Positions 57,945 to 64,000 of a DNA stretch of 64,000 bases are shown here, piece by piece. Source of the stretch: Kofleriaceae bacterium (GTDB lineage: Bacteria > Myxococcota_A > Polyangia > Haliangiales > Haliangiaceae); the NCBI GenBank assembly GCA_046597055.1, contig JBKJLC010000202.1:21121-85120 (forward strand). Reading direction: 5' to 3'. Below the pieces are notes generated by a model, which ran no database searches, was not told the DNA's origin, and saw nothing but the letters and a program-made list of their open reading frames with translations. Position 1 is the stretch's first letter. Every line of letters begins with the position of its first letter. The position numbers and the translations under genes were made by a program.

Positions 57945-59033
57945 ATGGTTGACGAAGAGCGCCGCGGCCACACCCGCGAACAGACCGACGAGAGCCTGCG
58001 CGCCGAACGTGAACGCGTCGACGGCCTGGTCGAGAAGAAGCGCGAGGACATCGAGCACGAGGCCGACCAGGTCGTGCAGCTCGCCCGCGAGCGCGCCGAC
58101 AAGGTCGTCCAGGCGGCTCGTGACGAGGTCGACCACGAGCGCTCCTCGCGGCGCCAGACCACCGCGTCGGAGACCAGCTCCGAGCGCGAGCGCAGCCAGG
58201 CCGACGACGTCCTCCAGCTCGAGCGCGCCAGCGCCGACCAGGTGCTCGAGCGCGAGCGCGCCGAGCGCCGGCGGGTCCTCGCCGACTTCCTCGCGGTCGA
58301 GCGCGAGGCCACCGACGACGATCTGATCGACGAGCGCATCCACGCCGACACCGAGATCGCGGCCCGCGACGCGTTCCTCGCCACCGTCAGCCACGACCTG
58401 CGGTCGCTGCTCCACGGGCTGTCGCTCAACGACGCGCTCCTGGTCGAGCACGCACCCGAGGGGCCCGACGGCGACAAGGCACGCCGCCACGCCGCCACCA
58501 GCAAGCGCCTGGTCGCGCGCATGAACCGGCTGATCAACGACCTCCTCGATGTCGCCAGCATCGAGGCCGGCAAGCTCGGCGTCACCCTCGAGCAGGTCGA
58601 GCTCGCCGACCTCCTGCGCGACACGCTCAACGCCTTCGAGTCGATCGCGGCCGCCAAGCAGATCACGATCGACGTCAGCTGCGCGGAGGCGCTGCGCCAC
58701 GCCTAGCTCGACGGCGGTCGCATCCTGCAGGTGCTGGCCAACCTGGTCAGCAACGCGATCAAGTTCACCCCGGTCGCCGGCCGGATCTCGATCCAGATCG
58801 GCTCCGAGGGCAACGACCTCACGTTCATGGTGAAGGACACCGGGATCGGCATCCCGCCCGACGCCCTGGAGACCGTGTTCGAGCGCTTCCGTCAGCTCAG
58901 CAAGGATCGCCGCGGCCTGGGCCTCGGTCTCCACATCTCGAAGTCCATCGTCGAGGCCCACGGCGGCCGGATGTGGGCCGAGAGCACGCTCGGCGTCGGC
59001 ACCACGATCCACTTCGCCCTGCCGCGGCGCTGA
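57945..59033 (+). pseudogene. Cytoplasmic sensor histidine kinase interrupted by an in-frame amber codon (58704-58706)
   Basis: H-box FLATVSHDLR lies before the TAG. N/G/F boxes (NLVSNAIKFT, DTGIGI, FERF, GLGLGLHI) lie after it in the same frame. Confidence 0.88.
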
Positions 59034-59234
59034 CCCGCCGCCGCGCGCGACTACCGCCGGCCGGCCGACCGCCGCCAGCGCGGCCCCGGCGCGGGCCCGC
59101 CCACCGACGCGACCTCGCGCGCGACGTCGGCGCGGGCTTCCCCCGCCTCGTTCGAGCGAAGCGAATCAGCTACCTAGGCATCGTTGGCTCTTCGTGAGAA
59201 ACCCTGGCGGCACTTCGTCGATACCCGCGGCCAG

Positions 59235-60542
59235 ATGACCTCCAGACCCCCGCCTGACCTCGGGCAGCCGCGCTCCGCCGAGGTGAGCACGGGAGGATCC
59301 GCGTCGGTGGGCGTTCGTTCGCGCACCGCCGAGCGCTACCGAGGCTCCGGGCGGGACGGCGACGGCGCGGCGACCGGCTCGGTACCGAAGCCGGCCGCGT
59401 CGTCCGCGCCGATGACGCCGGCATACACCAGTCCCGCCTACCTCGGAGAAGACCCGTTCGGGGTGCACCTGCTTGGCGACGCCGTCCAGCTGACGGGGCC
59501 GGCCGGTGGGGCCGCGGTCCACGCAGCCGCGGAGCGCGGCGTCGAGTCCGCCGGCGGCTCACTGCCCCATCGCGACGCGATCCAGGCGTCGTTCGGCGAG
59601 CTGGTCAACCGGATGCGCAGCTCGGGCGCGATCACGAGTGGCTCCCGCGTCCGTGGCGCTGCGCTGGGTCGGCAAGAACGCCGGGGGCGCAGTCGATCTT
59701 GCGGAGATGCTCGGCAAGCTCGTCCTCGAGCTCGTCGAGCACGGCCTCGATGCGCTCCTCGAGCTCGGCAAGAAGGCCGGCGAAGCCTTCGAGAAGCTGC
59801 CCGCCGTGCTCAAGTCGCTCGAGAAGTGGTTCGTCGATGGCTGGACCCGTGAGGACCCACAGGACCGCGGTGAGTTCCAGGGCGAGGTGATCGGCTATCA
59901 AGGTCCTGCGGGCCCTCGACCAGGCGGCGGACCCGTTCTTCTACGCCAGCAAGCTGGGCAAGTCGCTCAAGGTCGCCCGCCAGATCACCGACAAGGTGCG
60001 CGAAGGCCGCAAGGTCGTGGGCAAGGCCGACGACGTGGCGGGCGGCACGGACGATCGCGCGCGGACGATGACCCGCGAGGCGGGCCGGATCCCGAGCCGA
60101 CCCGACCGACGCGACGCCGGTCGGCGAGCCGAAGATGGAGACCCACACGAGATCGAAGGACGACAACCCCCGCGACCGGCGCGACTTTCACAACGACATC
60201 CGAACCATGTCTCCAGCCGCTCAACAGCACATCCGCCACATCGAAAATCGGGGTTGGGTCCACGTGTCCGAGATCGCGCCCGAGGATCTCGTCGATATGT
60301 CGAGGTGGTTCGGAAAAGAACTTGGGGTCGTCCAGACGCCGTACGGAAAGCTACGGCTCATCCTGGGCACCGAGGATCAACTCATTGAATCGCAGATCTT
60401 GGCGGGCGAGATCTTCGTCGTGCACACCCACCCCGTCATGCGTACTCTGAAATCCCACTTCAAGGTCGACGTCCCCAATGCTGGCGACCGTGTCGAGGCG
60501 GTCATCGACTGGGGGGGCCAGATCGCATATTTCAGCAAGTCT
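59235..60542 (+). pseudogene. Degraded DUF4157-type polymorphic effector with C-terminal JAB-like domain
   Basis: VHAAAERGV..SLPHRDAIQASFG (start of DUF4157, then deleted), frameshifted helical linker (GEFQGEVIGY), tip with KELG..HTHP....SH..D. Confidence 0.7.
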
Positions 60543-60975
60543 GTAAGCGCTGCACGGACCGCACAGAGAAAGGCGCGAGCGGACCGTTGATGCTGCGGGC
60601 ATGCGAAGGCACTACACGCACTACACGCACTACACGACTGACCAGCGGGCGCAATTGATCGACCTGGTCCGGGGCGGGACGGCGGTCCCGGAGGCTGCGG
60701 CTCGGCTCGGGTGCAACCGGCCACCGCCTACACGTGGACCAAGGCGACGAGGGCGTCGCCGTCAGGGCGCGGCCGAGAGCGGCGGCGGCCACGTGGGGTG
60801 CCGGCAGCGCCGCCGGGTGGCACCCTGTCGCGCGGCTGGTCCCGGCCGAGGGCCGCGAGCCGACGATCATTGTTCGCGCCGGGGGCGCGACGGTCGAGGT
60901 GCGCCCCGGCTTCGACGCCGAGTTGCTGCACGCGGTGGTCGCCGCGCTGCGCGGAGGACGGGCGTGATCGGGCAC
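60543..60975 (+). mobile_element. IS66-family remnant (left TIR, frameshifted tnpA, start of tnpB only)
   Basis: Begins GTAAGCG. HTH YTTDQRAQLIDLV..AAARLG and C-terminal VEVRPGFDAELLHAVVAALR, followed by an overlapping GTGATC. No tnpC. Confidence 0.75.
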
Positions 60976-61137
60976 AGAACCCGGCCCGAGCGTCGTAGCC
61001 CCCTCGGCCGCGCGCGTCCATCTCGCGGGGCGCGGGGCGCGCCGCCGGCCCCGCGATCGTCGTGTCTCTCAGCGCGTAGGCCCCACTGTCTTGCAACATC
61101 GGAAGAAACCGCCGCTGTCGTGCGTTGCAAGGGCCCA

Positions 61138-61667
61138 TGAGGGTGCAGCGACAACTCACGACCATGCTTGCGGCGCTGGCGCTGATCGTCACAGGCGGAG
61201 CGGTGGCTGCCGATACCGACCCGCGGCGTGCGGCCTGCCGGGCTCACCTCGAGCGGGCGCGCGCCGAATTGCTCGATCGCGGATTCGCCCCGACCACCGA
61301 CCGAGACACAGCCCGTTGGTTGGAGATCTACGAATCGGAGGATGGCACTCTCAGCTTGGCGCTCATTATGCGGGCCAGCGCCGATGGCGCCCAGACCGGG
61401 TACGCGCTGACGTTTTCCCGGACACGGAAGCGCGCGCCGACGCGCTGGCGCTATCAGCGGCGCAAACGATGCTGTGACGACCACGCCGAAAGAACGGACC
61501 ATTTGGTCGAGCTCAAGTGGCAGCGTGGTGAGCAGGGCTGGCTGGCCGCCATCTCGATCATCCAGTCCACCGCAGCGCTGCGCGATCGCGGCGCGGCCGG
61601 CGAGCGCGCGCTCTTCTACGACATCGCCCGTGTCGCCGCCGACGAATGCCTGGCCGCGAACCCATAG
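61138..61667 (+). CDS. Hypothetical secreted protein
   Basis: Signal peptide (LAALALIVTGGAVAA) and 4 Cys. Confidence 0.55.
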
Positions 61668-61759
61668 CCACGCAAGGGCGCCTACGCCGCGTACGATCGT
61701 TCGACGTGAGATCGATCGAACACCGCCTGCCCAATGCCCGCCGATCGCTCGATCAGGGG

Positions 61760-61959
61760 CCCAGGCCCCGCGGTGCACCCTGTTACTCTAAAACCTGCCG
61801 CGTCTCGGAAGTCCGCGAAACCCGGCAGTGCCCGTCGGGTTGATGCGGAACGTGTCGCCGTGCGCGTCATACCCGGCGTCCCACCAATTTCGCGGTGTTG
61901 CCGACGGAGACGTGCCCTCAGAGTCCCTTAGAGTAACAAAACGCACCGCGGGCCCTGGG
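61760..61959. mobile_element. 200-bp MITE-like / internally deleted IS with about 32-bp imperfect terminal inverted repeats
   Basis: CCCAGGCCCCGCGGTGC-accc-TGTTACTCTAA ... TTAGAGTAACA-aaac-GCACCGCGGGCCCTGGG. Confidence 0.7.
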
Positions 61960-62008
61960 ACACCTTCATGCGGCCAGCCCTGGCGTCCTGACGTCCGCCT
62001 GTCCGGGA

Positions 62009-62629
62009 TCAGGGCCAGCAGTGCGTCCCGGCCGGTGCGCCGTCGATCGTGACAGGCGCGCAGAAGTCGTCGCCGACCTCGTCGAGGTGCACGACCAACA
62101 CATCCCGGCCGTGCAGCTCGATCGTGCCGCGGAACGGGGTGGCGCTCCACACGCCCATGATCTCGGCGGTGCCGATGCCCGGGATGTCGAGCAGCGAGCC
62201 GGCGGTCGCAGACTCATCGTCGCCGAGGACGGGACCGCGGGTCCAGCGCGCGTCGACTTTGATGGGCATGTCGGCGAGATCCGATGTGTAGATCGCGTGA
62301 CCGTCAGCCCCGAGCAGGCCGTCGAGCGCGAGGTCGGGCGCGAAGCTCGGGTCGCCACCGATCGCAGTGAAGCCCTGGTAGCGCACCTCGCTTGGCTCGG
62401 TCGGAGCCGGTCCCCCAGGCGGCCGCTCGTTGGTCGAGACGATGCGGCCGGCGAGATCGTACCCACGCGCGCGGCAACCGAACGTGAGCGTCCGGGTCGT
62501 GCCTTCCCGGCCGATCTGGGGGCAGGCAGCCTCCGGGTAGTTCACGAGGTTCGCCACCAGGACGTGGGCGCGGATCAAGTCGCGACCGATCGCAATCTGG
62601 ATCGCGCGGTCGCGTTGCGCGGTGGTCAA
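62009..62629 (-). CDS. Hypothetical protein, probably a 5'-truncated lipoprotein
   Basis: Coding-like ORF ending FCAPVTIDGAPAGTHCWP. The upstream in-frame GDDASSRTARLAA is cut by a stop, and there is no intact signal peptide. Confidence 0.55.
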   Translation of the reverse strand: MTTAQRDRAIQIAIGRDLIRAHVLVANLVNYPEAACPQIGREGTTRTLTFGCRARGYDLAGRIVSTNERPPGGPAPTEPSEVRYQGFTAIGGDPSFAPDLALDGLLGADGHAIYTSDLADMPIKVDARWTRGPVLGDDESATAGSLLDIPGIGTAEIMGVWSATPFRGTIELHGRDVLVVHLDEVGDDFCAPVTIDGAPAGTHCWP

Positions 62630-62717
62630 CGCAGCCAGGCGCGCGGTCCGGCTGGAAGCGTCGTCGCCATGCGGTCAACTCCTTGATGGGGCGAGGCTGG
62701 ACGGTTTCGGGGCGGTC

Positions 62718-63062
62718 TCAGTCGAAGACTTCGCCGAGCAGACCGGTTCCAACGAAGAGTGCCCCGAGCACCAGACCGACGTGTGCCAGGCCCGGCAGTG
62801 CGAGCCACTCGTCGTGCCACGAGGTGGGCAGGATGGCGGTCGTGATGCCGAAGTACACGTCCGACAGGGCACCCCATGCACCGAGCGAGGAGGCAAGCGC
62901 CATGCCGGCCAGGCAGAGCAGCAACGCGCCACCTGCCAGCAGCACCCACGAGAAGATGTGCGGGTGTCGGCGCCGGCTCCAGCCTTCCTCGCGCGGCTGG
63001 CTACGGCGACGCTGGCTGCGACGTTCACGCCTACGGTCGAAGAGGTCGAGGTCGAGGTCCAT
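62718..63062 (-). CDS. Small membrane protein, paralog of 17260..17604
   Basis: 114 aa, about 85% identical to the first copy. Confidence 0.75.
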   Translation of the reverse strand: MDLDLDLFDRRRERRSQRRRSQPREEGWSRRRHPHIFSWVLLAGGALLLCLAGMALASSLGAWGALSDVYFGITTAILPTSWHDEWLALPGLAHVGLVLGALFVGTGLLGEVFD

Positions 63063-63140
63063 GAGGACAGACTAGACACTCGCGTCGGCCCGTCATTGTC
63101 GAAGTTCCGACGTGGCGATTCGAAAATTCCGCACCCTGCC

Positions 63141-63368
63141 TCACCTCGACGGCAACCACACCGGTTGGGCGACGGCCGGCAACGTACCGAGCACTGGAGC
63201 GCCCGAGAGCGCGCCCCGGAGGCGCTCTTCGTCCTCGGCGTTCATCGACGTGTGCAGGACACGACCACCGTACGCGGCGAGCTCGCGCTCGAGCTTGCCC
63301 ACCGTGGCTCGGCGCAGCAGCACGAAGATCGCAGACGTCTCGCGCTCAATGGTCCGTACCCGCTGCAC
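63141..63368 (-). pseudogene. C-terminal fragment of a DUF1269-like protein
   Basis: TSAIFVLLRRAT..KL..EL..YGGRVLHTSMNAEDEERLRGAL. The N-terminal part is absent and a transposon end lies upstream. Confidence 0.6.
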
Positions 63369-63442
63369 GATGCCGGGCGATCAACACCTGCTGGTGAGTG
63401 TTACCGAGCGGGCCTGTTGATGAACATCGAGACCGCCTGATT

Positions 63443-63570
63443 GATGGGCATCATGATCGTGGCGGGCGGGCGGCACGGCGAGATGGCCATCATGATCGTG
63501 GGGGGCGGGCGGCACGGCGAGATGGCCATCATGATCGTGGCGGGCGGACGGCAAGGGCGAGATGGGCATC
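63443..63570. repeat. Three 39-40 bp tandem repeats plus a partial unit (likely transposase-binding sites at a transposon end)
   Basis: Unit GATGG(G/C)CATCATGATCGTGGCGGGCGGGCGGCACGGCGA starting at 63443, 63482 and 63521, partial at 63561. Confidence 0.85.
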
Positions 63571-63659
63571 GGCGGCGTGCATGGGGTGATCCGGAACGCC
63601 GATGGCCACCGCGACGGAGTTGAAGTCCGGCGCGGTGGCGGTGGGATCGGCGGGGGTGG

Positions 63660-64000
63660 TCAGCGCTCGCGGGTGTCGGCCTCGATGACGCGGGCGACGA
63701 CGTCGCGCTCGACCAGCTTGCGCTTCTTCTTGGCGGTCTCGCGGAGGGCGGCGGCGGCGAGGCGGTCGAGATCGCGCATGGCGCCGGCGGTGGCCTCGTG
63801 CAGGAGCGCGGCGGCGTCGGTCGCGAACAACTCGCGGTCGCAGCCGGCGTGGCGGAGGCGGAGCCGGAGGTACTCGGCGGTGTCGCCGGGCACGAGGGGC
63901 TCGATCTCGAGGCGATGGTGGAGGCGCGAGTACAGCGAGCGGTTGCGACGCAGGGCGAGCCGGTCGCGAAGTTCGGGCAGGCCGACGAGCACGACCGAGA
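63660..64000 (-). CDS. C-terminus of an ExeA-like AAA ATPase (transposition helper), continues beyond the window
   Basis: LVGLPEL..L..RSLYSRL..L..TAEYLRLRL..AG..LF..A..LLHEATAG..R.LDRLA. Confidence 0.85.
   Translation of the reverse strand, partial: SVVLVGLPELRDRLALRRNRSLYSRLHHRLEIEPLVPGDTAEYLRLRLRHAGCDRELFATDAAALLHEATAGAMRDLDRLAAAALRETAKKKRKLVERDVVARVIEADTRER

Larger units (their letters stand above)
63438..64000 (-). mobile_element. End of a DDE-transposase/ExeA-ATPase type transposon (partial)
   Basis: ExeA-like ATPase followed by sub-terminal tandem repeats, with a TG dinucleotide at 63438 as the possible terminus. Confidence 0.55.

Noticed and set aside
58704..58706. Pyrrolysine or programmed amber recoding
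   Set aside because: No pyl genes are in view, TAG is used as a normal stop by many genes here, and the position is non-catalytic.
63443..63570. Possible CRISPR array
   Set aside because: The units abut with no unique spacers and there are no cas genes. A tandem repeat at a transposon end fits better.

Overview
High-GC (visually about 70-75%) bacterial chromosomal window. Its gene content points to Myxococcota, probably Kofleriaceae/Haliangiales-like (inference): a Cys-rich CGDG...GEQCDDGN repeat, vWA and beta-propeller lipoproteins, a eukaryotic-type Ser/Thr kinase, PilY1 and several DUF4157 proteins. The first 36 kb is mostly envelope/secreted genes: PilY1, an Ig-repeat lipoprotein, alpha-2-macroglobulin, a POTRA-less Omp85, an OPT transporter, TamA/TamB and a divergent ExbB/ExbD-like triad. 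The middle holds convergent folA/thyA and a cluster of DUF4157 (eCIS-core) polymorphic effector-like genes that share a short N-terminal GKRTLT motif. About 44-59 kb is mainly housekeeping (RluA, RlmM-like, pyrD, RRM protein). The last 5 kb is a decayed accessory region with a third, broken DUF4157 gene ending in a JAB-like tip cut by an IS66 remnant, a 200-bp MITE-like element, a duplicated small membrane gene with conserved upstream palindromes, and the end of a transposon carrying an ExeA-like ATPase. No rRNA, tRNA or CRISPR array was recognised. Best candidates for undescribed systems are the stand-alone DUF4157/GKRTLT polymorphic effector family and the 1 ExbB + 2 ExbD-like motor operon. 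All family calls come from motifs recognised by eye, not database searches, and start codons are best guesses.
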